A stretch of DNA of 64,000 nt, from the NCBI GenBank assembly GCA_016840855.1, contig JAEORO010000060.1:7812-71811 (forward strand), given 5' to 3'. Of this stretch, positions 9,217 to 17,702 are shown in pieces. How positions within the stretch are numbered: position 1 is the stretch's first letter; each line of letters begins with the position of its first letter. This DNA is from Candidatus Thorarchaeota archaeon (lineage in GTDB: Archaea > Asgardarchaeota > Thorarchaeia > Thorarchaeales > Thorarchaeaceae). The translations under genes were made by a program, and so were the position numbers. A model generated the notes under the pieces. It was not told where the DNA came from and did not search any database. It saw only the letters and a program-made list of their open reading frames with translations.

Positions 9217-9938
9217 GTTGGTTCTATCGCTCTTAAATCACGTGTCAGGGTTTCAATAGACCCAGCTTTGCTCACAGCTAATGGGATACGCATTTGTTCA
9301 GAAAGATCCAGAGCCAGTCTATCAACTTCGGAAACACCATGAAGGATAACAAGTGATGGTTTGAACTCTTGTGACTTGATAGCAATCATCGGGGCTCTGC
9401 CCGTATTTACATTGGTGAATAACAGACACCTCTCTGTTGTAGCACCGAAAAGTTTCAGGAATGCATCGCTGCTTAGCTCTTTCACAGCTCGTTCTACGTC
9501 GACCAGAGTATAGCCATAGAGCTCTCTGTCAAGAAGCTTTTCTCCTGCCTTTACAACACATTTTAGACGCTGACAGAACTCTTTTGCTGTGATAGGGGAA
9601 GAAAAGTCACTCATTGCTAACACAATATTGAGGTCAACAAGACTAACATCCATAAGTCGAACAAATGCAGCAACAACCTGACCTCCATTTCGTTCATCTA
9701 GTGTTAGCAAAGCCATGACAAAACGTTGTATTGTTGAAGTACCTGGAGATTTTCTTCGTCCAGACTCATAATCACTAATCACGCTTGGACTGATGCCAAG
9801 ATAGTCCGCAAGAAGGATCTGTGGTAATCTAAATCGCTCTCTCCAGATTCGCATGGTCTGTCCTGGATGTTCTGATAAAGTAATCTCACCAGCAATGCGA
9901 CGAGCAAGACGCTCCCGGACAGACGACTGATACGACAT
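9213..9938 (-). CDS. HTH (XRE-type) transcriptional regulator with C-terminal uncharacterised domain
   Basis: LPQILLADYLGISPSVISDYESGRRKSP is an XRE/HTH_3-like helix-turn-helix. Confidence 0.6.
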   Translation of the reverse strand: MSYQSSVRERLARRIAGEITLSEHPGQTMRIWRERFRLPQILLADYLGISPSVISDYESGRRKSPGTSTIQRFVMALLTLDERNGGQVVAAFVRLMDVSLVDLNIVLAMSDFSSPITAKEFCQRLKCVVKAGEKLLDRELYGYTLVDVERAVKELSSDAFLKLFGATTERCLLFTNVNTGRAPMIAIKSQEFKPSLVILHGVSEVDRLALDLSEQMRIPLAVSKAGSIETLTRDLRAIEPT

Positions 9939-10045
9939 TGAACGAAGTTTCTAGTGTTTTGAACATAAGGATTTCGACTATTGACGATGTAATAATCCCT
10001 TAATAAATAGAAACAGGTTACAAACATGGAAAGAAGAAGAATTAG

Positions 10046-10152
10046 TGGTGGGCCGGCCCGGATTTGAACCGGGGATCCCTTGGAGTCTTGCTAACGGACA
10101 TCAGTCCGTATGACCCAAACCAAGAATCATAGCCAAGCTAGACCACCGACCC
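10046..10152 (-). tRNA. tRNA-Pro (anticodon UGG) with 29-nt intron at 37/38, CCA encoded
   Basis: Reverse complement folds as GGGTCGG-TG-..-CTTGG-TTTGGG[29 nt]T-CCAAG-GGATC-CCCGG-TTCAAAT-CCGGG-CCGGCCC-A-CCA. Confidence 0.85.
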
Positions 10153-10200
10153 TTTCGGTGGTGTCAGCACCAAGTTACGGTTATAAGAATAGCGTTGGCA

Positions 10201-11904
10201 TCATTTAGAAATCTCGAAAATTACGCCTTGGTAAGGTTCAAGGAAGAGAGTAGTATCTTTGATTGAAGATGTGTCAGCTATGGTGGAGAATAGAAGCCTT
10301 GATTTTGGAACTATTTCTCTAATCGGCACTAGTTTTTTTGAGGGATTCAGCCAGATTTGGACTACCTGTTTTTTGAGTATCCTCTGATACGAGAGAAGAT
10401 TTCCAAAGAGGAAGGACGGTAATAGATGGAATGAGCCAGAATGAAGAGCAGGTGTGGTCTTGCGGAGTTGCAGAAGTGATTTGTAACAGCTCAAGAGAGA
10501 AGTGGAATCAGACTCTTCAAAGTCAACGTTGAGTGTTTCATGCCCTGGACTAATAGGTAGCCATGATTTCACTTCCTCTGAGCAAAAGCCAGCATTAGGG
10601 GAAGAGTTCCATTGCATTGGAGTCCTGCAGTTATCACGATTGAGCGAAATAGAGCCACTTCTTGTGATTAGGTTGACGAGAAACTGAGGAAGCCAGCTGT
10701 ATTTTTGGCCAACAGGGTCTAGTGCAGTCTTCAGGGGAAGTCTGTGATTTGACATTCCAATCTCTTCACCATAATAGATGAAAGGGACCCCTCTTGCTGT
10801 TAACTGTAACATCGCATTGAGCTTGGCTTTATCTTGATTGTTTCCTAGTTTGGTGATTCTTCGCACCTGGTCATGATTTGAGAACACCCAGGTAGGAGTG
10901 TAAGGTTCAGGGAAGACCTGTTCATACCTACTGATTAGTCTTCGAAGTTGCTCAGAATCAAGTTTCACATCAAGTGACTGAAATTGGAATGTCATGTTAA
11001 GACCATCAGTTTCATCTTCGTTCCTAATGTCACCACAATACTTTTTGAGCACTTCAAGCGAGGCTGTTATCTCTCCGACTAGAAATCGTTCAGGGTCTGA
11101 GTATTCATCTATCACATTCTTGAGTTCCTTCACGAAATCAAAATTGTCAGGATGATTAGTCGTATAGATTTTATTTTGGAAAAAGCTCTTGTCATCGCTC
11201 TCTGATGGAAACATCTTCAAGGCAAAAGGATTGTTTCGTAGGGCGGCATCTTCAAACATGGTATTGATTATGTCCAAACGAAAACCATCTACTCCTTTGT
11301 CAAGCCAGAAGCGAACTGTATCAAACATCTCTTGTTTCACTTCAGGATTACGATAGTTGAGGTCTGGTTGAAAGGGGAGAAACTGCGCCCAATACCACTG
11401 ATCGGTTTGTTTGTCATAGTGCCATCCAGGACCACCTACCATAGCTTTCCAGTTGTTTGGAGGCTTCTTACCGCCTGGCTTTTTTCCATCACGCCATATG
11501 TACCAGTTCCGTTTTGGATTGTCTTTACTTGATCTTGACTCAAGGAACCATGGATGTTTCTCACTGGTGTGATTGAGAACCAAGTCAAAAACAACATACA
11601 TCTCTCGATTGTGAATCTCCTGAATGAGTTTCTCACAATCAGACATTGTCCCATATTCTGGTGCAATATTTCTGAAATCACTGATATCGTAGCCAAAATC
11701 TGCTTGAGGACTTGAAAAGAAAGGTGAGAACCAGATTGTTTCTACGCCTAGATTCTGAAGATAATCTAACTCCGAGATAATACCAAGAATATCTCCAACT
11801 CCATTTCCAGAAGTGTCCTTGAAGCTTCGCGGATAAATCTGATACACAGTGGATTTTTTCCACCATGGTAAGCTGCTACGATTTGCCTTTGACATAGTGG
11901 ACAC
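10201..11904 (-). CDS. GH13 alpha-glucosidase / oligo-1,6-glucosidase-like
   Basis: WWKKSTVYQIYPRSFKD..GDILGI...LGVETIWFSPFF, VDGFRLDI and the other alpha-amylase family regions. Confidence 0.85.
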   Translation of the reverse strand: MSTMSKANRSSLPWWKKSTVYQIYPRSFKDTSGNGVGDILGIISELDYLQNLGVETIWFSPFFSSPQADFGYDISDFRNIAPEYGTMSDCEKLIQEIHNREMYVVFDLVLNHTSEKHPWFLESRSSKDNPKRNWYIWRDGKKPGGKKPPNNWKAMVGGPGWHYDKQTDQWYWAQFLPFQPDLNYRNPEVKQEMFDTVRFWLDKGVDGFRLDIINTMFEDAALRNNPFALKMFPSESDDKSFFQNKIYTTNHPDNFDFVKELKNVIDEYSDPERFLVGEITASLEVLKKYCGDIRNEDETDGLNMTFQFQSLDVKLDSEQLRRLISRYEQVFPEPYTPTWVFSNHDQVRRITKLGNNQDKAKLNAMLQLTARGVPFIYYGEEIGMSNHRLPLKTALDPVGQKYSWLPQFLVNLITRSGSISLNRDNCRTPMQWNSSPNAGFCSEEVKSWLPISPGHETLNVDFEESDSTSLLSCYKSLLQLRKTTPALHSGSFHLLPSFLFGNLLSYQRILKKQVVQIWLNPSKKLVPIREIVPKSRLLFSTIADTSSIKDTTLFLEPYQGVIFEISK

Positions 11905-12017
11905 CTTTAGGGACTAAATTGAGACCTCCTCTTTTCTCTTCTCACCTGTATCATCTTTAAGATAAAATCAATTTTTCAGACATAAATAAGGTCTTAACAG
12001 ATAGTTGGTATTCGGTT

Positions 12018-12269
12018 ATGAGTGATATGAGTCTGCTTGGACCTGATGATTTCGACTTGGATAGAAAAGGTCGAAAAAAGAAGCTGGCAAAGGATTTAGC
12101 TCCTTCGGTAGCAAAAGAGATTGAGAAATGGCTAGATAGAGAGGACGATCCTGAAGCTTTTAAGAAAGTTTCAGACCTGGTAGGTCCGAAAGAAGCCGCA
12201 CGTTTGTTTAGTCGACGCCGACAACACGGACAAAAATCGAAATCTAAAGACCCCCTGCTCGAAGATTGA
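12018..12269 (+). CDS. Hypothetical highly charged small protein (83 aa)
   Basis: ORF track only. Confidence 0.3.
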   Translation: MSDMSLLGPDDFDLDRKGRKKKLAKDLAPSVAKEIEKWLDREDDPEAFKKVSDLVGPKEAARLFSRRRQHGQKSKSKDPLLED

Positions 12270-12273
12270 TGAA

Positions 12274-12645
12274 GTGACCAACTTGGCTGCAGAGACACCT
12301 GATCTTGATGAGCACACACGTCAGAGTAATCTCAGGACATCACTGGCTTTTATTCGCACGATTGATGCGGAAAAAAGAACTCATTTGGCAGAACTTAGAA
12401 CAGGAATAGGCATCCTGACAATACCGTTGTCTCTTTTGACCATCCTAATCGCTACATCGAATTACTACTCTGTCAGTCATGTTCTAGGGTTCATCATAGG
12501 TCTCATTGTTGGTATAATACTGCTTTTCTTGATTGGAGGGTATCTCGTCGTATCATCCCTTAGAAAGATTCGTTTAGATGACCACCTTCGATTGAAATGT
12601 GATGACCTCTCACATTTAGTTACTGAGTTTAATAGTGAACAATAG
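12274..12645 (+). CDS. DUF202-like membrane protein
   Basis: NLRTSLAFIRT and EKRTHLAELRTGIGIL resemble the DUF202 (YidH) ERTxLAWxRT motif. Two TM helices follow. Confidence 0.5.
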   Translation: MTNLAAETPDLDEHTRQSNLRTSLAFIRTIDAEKRTHLAELRTGIGILTIPLSLLTILIATSNYYSVSHVLGFIIGLIVGIILLFLIGGYLVVSSLRKIRLDDHLRLKCDDLSHLVTEFNSEQ

Positions 12646-12681
12646 AAAAGGTGAATCCTAAGGTGGGATTCGAGTTCCAAT

Positions 12682-13053
12682 CTAAATATTATCCAAATCA
12701 GGGTGTTGTTCTACTTGGCTGGTTCGAATGTAGTCTATCACTGCCCAATACCATAGTGCAAAAAGGACGATTATTAGGTAGTATCCAAATATGAGAAAAG
12801 TTCCACAAATAGCAATCCCGATACCAGTCACAGTTGTTTTAGCCCAGGATTTCTGTCGCCATATTGGTAGGCTTGCACAGAGAGATACTATTCCAAACAC
12901 CATCATGAGGATTCCAAAAAGAGGGTGGAAAGTATATGGGTCTGTTATTGCGAAGTAATATATCTGAAAACCGGTATACACTAGAAATAGCCCTCCCAGA
13001 ACCATTAAGATAGTAGCATTTTTGACACCAGAAGGCATTTCAACCTTATTCAA
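12682..13053 (-). CDS. Integral membrane protein (4 TM), unknown function
   Basis: ORF track; hydrophobic profile. Confidence 0.45.
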   Translation of the reverse strand: MNKVEMPSGVKNATILMVLGGLFLVYTGFQIYYFAITDPYTFHPLFGILMMVFGIVSLCASLPIWRQKSWAKTTVTGIGIAICGTFLIFGYYLIIVLFALWYWAVIDYIRTSQVEQHPDLDNI

Positions 13054-13335
13054 TGATTTTCACTCAATTCGATGTTTTCATTATCGTATGTCTAAGGTTC
13101 CTGATAGACTTTGTTAGTTATGATGGTTGAAGAATAGTTCAGGTAGATGTTCGATTAATAGGTGGAGAAAATGGAGTCCTTAGTGAAACACGAGATTTCA
13201 TTCCATGATGCAGACATTTCTTGTAATATCAAGAGTTTGAGGAAAGTTTGAGCCCAAAAGGAGCTGCGTTGTAGACAAGTCATATAGTTACACAGAGCCT
13301 GTATCTAATGAATCAAATATCTTGATGTGATAAAA

Positions 13336-13644
13336 ATGACAACTAAACTCAAAATCACAGTAATGAAGACTTTCGGACCAGAGGAAGTATTCGGACACAC
13401 GATGCTACGAGATGGTAAGGCAATACAAGCATGTAGCTACAAAGTGGGAGAGGAGTTCATTATGGACAGCCATCTCGATAGACCTAAGGATTTCTGTGGC
13501 AGGGCTTGGCAAGACCTCTATACAACTCTGATGACATATTACTGTGGTGGGGATTATGATTATCCTGAACAAGGCGTAACGTACCAACCGTGTGGTGATG
13601 GGATAAGACCAGTCATCTTCAAAATAGAGAAGATGAGTGAATAA
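13336..13644 (+). CDS. TIGR04076-family small Cys-containing protein
   Basis: C..Y..G..F......P.DFCGRAWQDL....YYCGGDY.......YQPCGDGIRPVIFKIEK matches my memory of the TIGR04076 pattern. Confidence 0.6.
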   Translation: MTTKLKITVMKTFGPEEVFGHTMLRDGKAIQACSYKVGEEFIMDSHLDRPKDFCGRAWQDLYTTLMTYYCGGDYDYPEQGVTYQPCGDGIRPVIFKIEKMSE

Positions 13645-13655
13645 ATAGGAAAGAG

Positions 13656-13795
13656 TGGAGCCCCAGGCGGGATTTGAATTCGCGCTCCATGGCGCAGACG
13701 TCCATGAAGTCCCGCGGCCTCCTCCTTTATGGGAAATCATCAGTACGATAATTCCTTACCAAGGAGGCGATCTAACCGGTCTAAGCTACTGGGGC
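13656..13795 (-). tRNA. tRNA-Thr (anticodon GGU) with two introns (30 nt at 37/38 and 32 nt at about 53/54), CCA encoded
   Basis: Reverse complement folds as GCCCCAG-TA-..-CCTCC-TTGGTA[30 nt]A-GGAGG-AGGCC-GCGGG[32 nt]TTCAAAT-CCCGC-CTGGGGC-T-CCA. Lengths sum to 78 + 62 = 140 nt. One C:T mismatch in the D stem. Confidence 0.75.
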
Positions 13796-13966
13796 ATCCG
13801 TAAGACAACCGAGGGCTGTCACTTCGCCTTCGGCATGAAAATCCGTGATAAAGATTTCTACAGTGGCTCTATTCTTCGAGGAGCACAACGCCTAATGAAA
13901 CAGTTGAATCTGTAAATCAGAACAGAATGGAGGTGCAACGAGTGCCATGGACTCAAAATCGAAGAA

Positions 13967-14851
13967 GTGATAAAAACAAGATGCCCATACGAATGTTGGA
14001 GATTGGAGCAGGTGGAAGACTATTCGGATGTATCTGAGCCCAAAAAACCACTCGGAATACGAGCTTATGGCATATCTGGTTCAACTCTAAGAAAAGAGAT
14101 TGAGAGTATCACTGGTGTAAATCCCGGGAATAAGGCGGTGTATTCCAAAGAAACCGGCCGCGTTTCAGTTGAGTCTGAAGTGTTTGGCGCCGGAAGCTGC
14201 GGTGGGGGTGGGGGTGATTGCTACTGTGGCGGCGGTGGGGGTGGGGGTGACGAAGGCGTTGCCATCTGCCTCATTATTGTTCTGGCAGTTATGATTGCCT
14301 TTACAATTGTATGGTTCATTGTGATGCTTGCCTTCTCAATCATGACGATAGGAGGCTTCTTCAAAAGACGGTTTCGGACTCTTGTTGTGGTCGAAAATGA
14401 GAACAAGGAGTTTATCGGAAAACTTGCTGCAGCCACAGTGCAGAAACGAGGTGCTTTAGATTATTCATTCGGACAGCTTGAGTATGATGATTGGATGACC
14501 CATACATTTGGATTGTATCACAGGTTGAAACTTCTTAGGCAAGTTGGATTCTTCTTTGGGTTTTGGTGGGCAGTTATTGAAATCGCATTCAAGTTGAACG
14601 AGTATATTAATCATCAAGGCGGTTATAATCTATGGCCGCTTCGCTATGTGATGATAGTAATCTTTCTCCCCCTTCTACTCTATAGTCCAATACTGGAGAT
14701 ACAATTCAGGCACAACTTTGAAGCTGGAGATGAGATGATTCAACGACTAATTAGTCATGAGCCTGCATACTCACCAGATCAACCCATGATGTTCTCAGAA
14801 ACACCAATTGAAGTGGGAAGGATATCACCAAATGGTACGAAGAAGGACTGA
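13967..14851 (+). CDS. Membrane protein with Gly/Cys-rich juxtamembrane segment, unknown function
   Basis: 294-aa ORF. SCGGGGGDCYCGGGGGGGDEG is followed by two strong TM helices and further hydrophobic segments. Confidence 0.5.
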   Translation: MIKTRCPYECWRLEQVEDYSDVSEPKKPLGIRAYGISGSTLRKEIESITGVNPGNKAVYSKETGRVSVESEVFGAGSCGGGGGDCYCGGGGGGGDEGVAICLIIVLAVMIAFTIVWFIVMLAFSIMTIGGFFKRRFRTLVVVENENKEFIGKLAAATVQKRGALDYSFGQLEYDDWMTHTFGLYHRLKLLRQVGFFFGFWWAVIEIAFKLNEYINHQGGYNLWPLRYVMIVIFLPLLLYSPILEIQFRHNFEAGDEMIQRLISHEPAYSPDQPMMFSETPIEVGRISPNGTKKD

Positions 14852-15748
14852 CTATTTGAACAGATTATGGAGTTGGATGTGGTACTCTCCGAGTTTCCCA
14901 CCATAGTTGCCGGCGGTCATCTTTGTGATTCCTGAGTGGCTGCACACTGCTTCTATAGCGGCCTTCATAGCTTGAGCAACTGCAGACTCGCTGAGTCCAT
15001 TGATGACGATTTCTTGAACAAATTCACTTCCCTTGGGTACAAGTGTGTTGGGAATCAGTGCACGCAGAGTTGGACAGAACTTCTCATTTGTGGAAGCAAA
15101 CAACACCTTGTATTTTGATGATGGCTTGGATCCTGAACCAACAAGACCTCCAGGGAAGGGCGTGTATGCACCTTCTACTCCCTCGATGGCTTTCACGGCA
15201 GCCATTCCACTGGTCATACCACTCTCCACATCCTCGCAACAATAGATTATGTTGCCACCTGCCACTCCCTTCACACGGCCAAACATGTTATCCATAATGC
15301 ATGTACCACTCATTCGTGGAATAAACCAGAGGACTCTTCCATCAATGGGACCCTTCTTCGTCTGGAACCCATCACCAAACATGGCAATTTTCTTTCCAAT
15401 CTCATACAATTCTTGCGCATTAGGAGTATCATCATAAGCGGAGGCAGTTGGACTTGTCAAGACACATTGTCCAAGTCTTGCAAGTAACTGTGGCTCAAGC
15501 GCCTTTTTTGATCCCACAGCAAAAACAACTCGGACACCAGGTCGTCCATCAGGAGTCTTTTCAGGGGGCAATACATATTCGATTCCAGCCTCTGCGGGAG
15601 CCATAATCACGGAGGTTCCAAAGCCTGTTGCCTCCGTAGCTGTTATTCGTGCCCATTCCTCGGTGTAAGCTGTGATTATAGTGCGATTCATATGCATGCT
15701 GAAAGCTTCTGCAAATGTGTCTTCAATTGGAACTCCATTTATTTCCAT
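14852..15748 (-). CDS. ftr: Formylmethanofuran--tetrahydromethanopterin N-formyltransferase
   Basis: MEINGVPIEDTFAEAF...ITATEATGFGTSVI... is the Ftr family N-terminus. 298 aa from the internal Met. Confidence 0.9.
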   Translation of the reverse strand: MEINGVPIEDTFAEAFSMHMNRTIITAYTEEWARITATEATGFGTSVIMAPAEAGIEYVLPPEKTPDGRPGVRVVFAVGSKKALEPQLLARLGQCVLTSPTASAYDDTPNAQELYEIGKKIAMFGDGFQTKKGPIDGRVLWFIPRMSGTCIMDNMFGRVKGVAGGNIIYCCEDVESGMTSGMAAVKAIEGVEGAYTPFPGGLVGSGSKPSSKYKVLFASTNEKFCPTLRALIPNTLVPKGSEFVQEIVINGLSESAVAQAMKAAIEAVCSHSGITKMTAGNYGGKLGEYHIQLHNLFK

Positions 15749-15871
15749 TTCATTCCACCAGCTACGTGAAATTTCAAAGCAATGGTACCTTTTCTCTTTT
15801 CCGTCAGACTTAACCTGCAAAAGGCTTTATCAGTGGGATAAACATCACAAGAATTCTAGGTGGTTGGGCTA

Positions 15872-16726
15872 ATGACGGTGATTTTGTCATTAAGAAAGGC
15901 TCCCGATATCCCTCTGGAAGCAGACACAATTACACCCACCCAATTTGCGGGAAAAGGTGTGAAAGAAATAGGAGAAATCCCTGTTCAGTGTGGTAATGAA
16001 GTCCTCAAACTCAAAGACTTCTTTGACGTGAGCGGAAAAAGTGCTCCGACTGCTGATGAAACCGAGATACTAGTCAAGGGAGATCTCAGAAAAGTCAAGA
16101 TGATAGGAAAAGGCATGAATGGCGGCCAAATCACTATTGAAGGAGATGCAGGAATGTATCTCGGTGCTGAGATGATTGCCGGGCGCATTAATGTCAAAGG
16201 GTCAGTGGGACATTGGGCTGCTGCAGAGATGGAAGGAGGCAATATCCAGATTGAAGGGGATGCAGGAGACTACCTCTGTTCAGGCTATCGGGGGACACCC
16301 GAAGGCATGAGAGGTGGACGTGTATATGTAGCAGGGAATGTTGGTCGTGAAATGGCATCCCATATGCGAAAAGGGCTTATCGCCGTAAAAGGGAATGTTG
16401 GACCGCAATCAGCAATTCGTATGATGGGAGGTACAATAATAGTAGTTGGCGATATGGCTGAACGTGTCGGAGTACAAGCCACAAAGGGAATGATTTTCTG
16501 TCTTGGAAAGCTTGAGTCGTTGTTTCCAACATACAAGTTCAGTGGTAGCTCAGAGAGAGAGTTCATCAACTACTACCTTCGATACCTGAAAGACCGGAGA
16601 CCGGATTTTCTTTCTGAGAATATCAGTCCTTCTGAGAAGTGGGTGAAGTATATGGGAGACTTTGCTGAAGCAAATCCCGGGGAAGAAATCTATGTTCGTA
16701 CTGCAAAGAACCAACACTTGATTTGA
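15872..16726 (+). CDS. fwdC: Formylmethanofuran dehydrogenase subunit C-like (GXGXG repeat beta-helix)
   Basis: Repeated G-x-I-x-V/I-x-G-x-x-G units (ITIEGDAGMYLGAEM, IQIEGDAGDYLCSGYRG, VYVAGNVGREMA) typical of FwdC and the GltB C-terminal domain. Confidence 0.8.
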   Translation: MTVILSLRKAPDIPLEADTITPTQFAGKGVKEIGEIPVQCGNEVLKLKDFFDVSGKSAPTADETEILVKGDLRKVKMIGKGMNGGQITIEGDAGMYLGAEMIAGRINVKGSVGHWAAAEMEGGNIQIEGDAGDYLCSGYRGTPEGMRGGRVYVAGNVGREMASHMRKGLIAVKGNVGPQSAIRMMGGTIIVVGDMAERVGVQATKGMIFCLGKLESLFPTYKFSGSSEREFINYYLRYLKDRRPDFLSENISPSEKWVKYMGDFAEANPGEEIYVRTAKNQHLI

Positions 16727-16737
16727 GGTGAAAACTA

Positions 16738-17697
16738 ATGAGACTTAGTGTGAATGAAGGTGCACTTGAGATTACCAAGGAGATAATGAATGGGAAGGAT
16801 GAGTTAAACTGCAATGTCAGTGAACTAGGAAATGGTACAACAATTATCGATGCAGGCATTGAAGTGGCTGGAGGAGAGGAACTTGGCAGATTAGTTGGTG
16901 AGGTCTGTCTCGGTGGTTTAGGAGTAGTTCGGCACACCAAGATGCACATTGGGGATATGGACCTTCCAGCTGTTGTTGTAAGTTCAGACCATCCAAAGAT
17001 TGCATGTATGGCATCACAATATGCAGGTTGGACTATCAACGTTGACAAGTACTTCGCAATGGGGTCAGGCCCAGCAAGAGCACTAGCCAGAGTCGAAAAG
17101 AAACTCTATGCAGGACTTGGTTACGAGGATGACGCATCAGTCGGTGTGATTTTGCTTGAAACAAGAGAGGTTCCCTCTGAGGCAGTTACTCAGTATATTG
17201 CAGACAAATGTAGCATCTCGCCATCAGACCTCTACTGCATTCTAGCTCCCACAGCATGTGTTGTGGGTTCAGTTCAAGTTTCTGCTAGAGTTGTTGAAGT
17301 GGGAATGCATAAACTACATGAACTAGGATTTGACCTTGATCGAGTAAGGTCAGGATATGGTGTAGCCCCTATAGCTCCTGTGGCAAAGAAGGATGCTAAA
17401 GCGATGGGGATAACCAATGACTGCATCCTATATGGAGGACGAACATTTTACTTTGTACGCTCAGATGACAAAGACTTGAAAGAGGTCATTGAAAAGGTAC
17501 CATCATCTTCATCGAAGCAATACGGTCAGCCATTCTACGACCTTTTCAAAAGTGTTGAGTTCGACTTCTACAAAGTGGACCCGCATCTATTTAGTCCAGC
17601 TGAGATTACATTCAATCATATCGAGAGCGGGAAAGTATACCACGCTGGAAAACTTAATGCGGACATACTGAAGCAATCACTGGAAAGTGCAAAATAG
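16738..17697 (+). CDS. mch: Methenyltetrahydromethanopterin cyclohydrolase
   Basis: SVNEGALEI...GTTIIDAGIEV.GG.E.G......CLGGLG. The 319-aa length fits Mch. Confidence 0.9.
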   Translation: MRLSVNEGALEITKEIMNGKDELNCNVSELGNGTTIIDAGIEVAGGEELGRLVGEVCLGGLGVVRHTKMHIGDMDLPAVVVSSDHPKIACMASQYAGWTINVDKYFAMGSGPARALARVEKKLYAGLGYEDDASVGVILLETREVPSEAVTQYIADKCSISPSDLYCILAPTACVVGSVQVSARVVEVGMHKLHELGFDLDRVRSGYGVAPIAPVAKKDAKAMGITNDCILYGGRTFYFVRSDDKDLKEVIEKVPSSSSKQYGQPFYDLFKSVEFDFYKVDPHLFSPAEITFNHIESGKVYHAGKLNADILKQSLESAK

Positions 17698-17702
17698 AGG
17701 CC

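Noticed and set aside
13655-13915. 86-aa plus-strand ORF and the overlapping 111-aa minus-strand ORF (13405-13740)
   Set aside because: Both run through the two-intron tRNA-Thr gene and the TIGR04076 gene. They are explained by those features.
16623-17048. 141-aa Ser/Pro/Thr-rich ORF antisense to fwdC/mch. Similar shadow ORFs: 24295-24780 (antisense ftsZ), 32958-33383 (antisense thiolase), 37560-38039 (antisense regulator), 47001-47426 and 54119-54433.
   Set aside because: Each lies fully inside, and antisense to, a gene with strong family motifs. Their low-complexity composition is typical of shadow frames.
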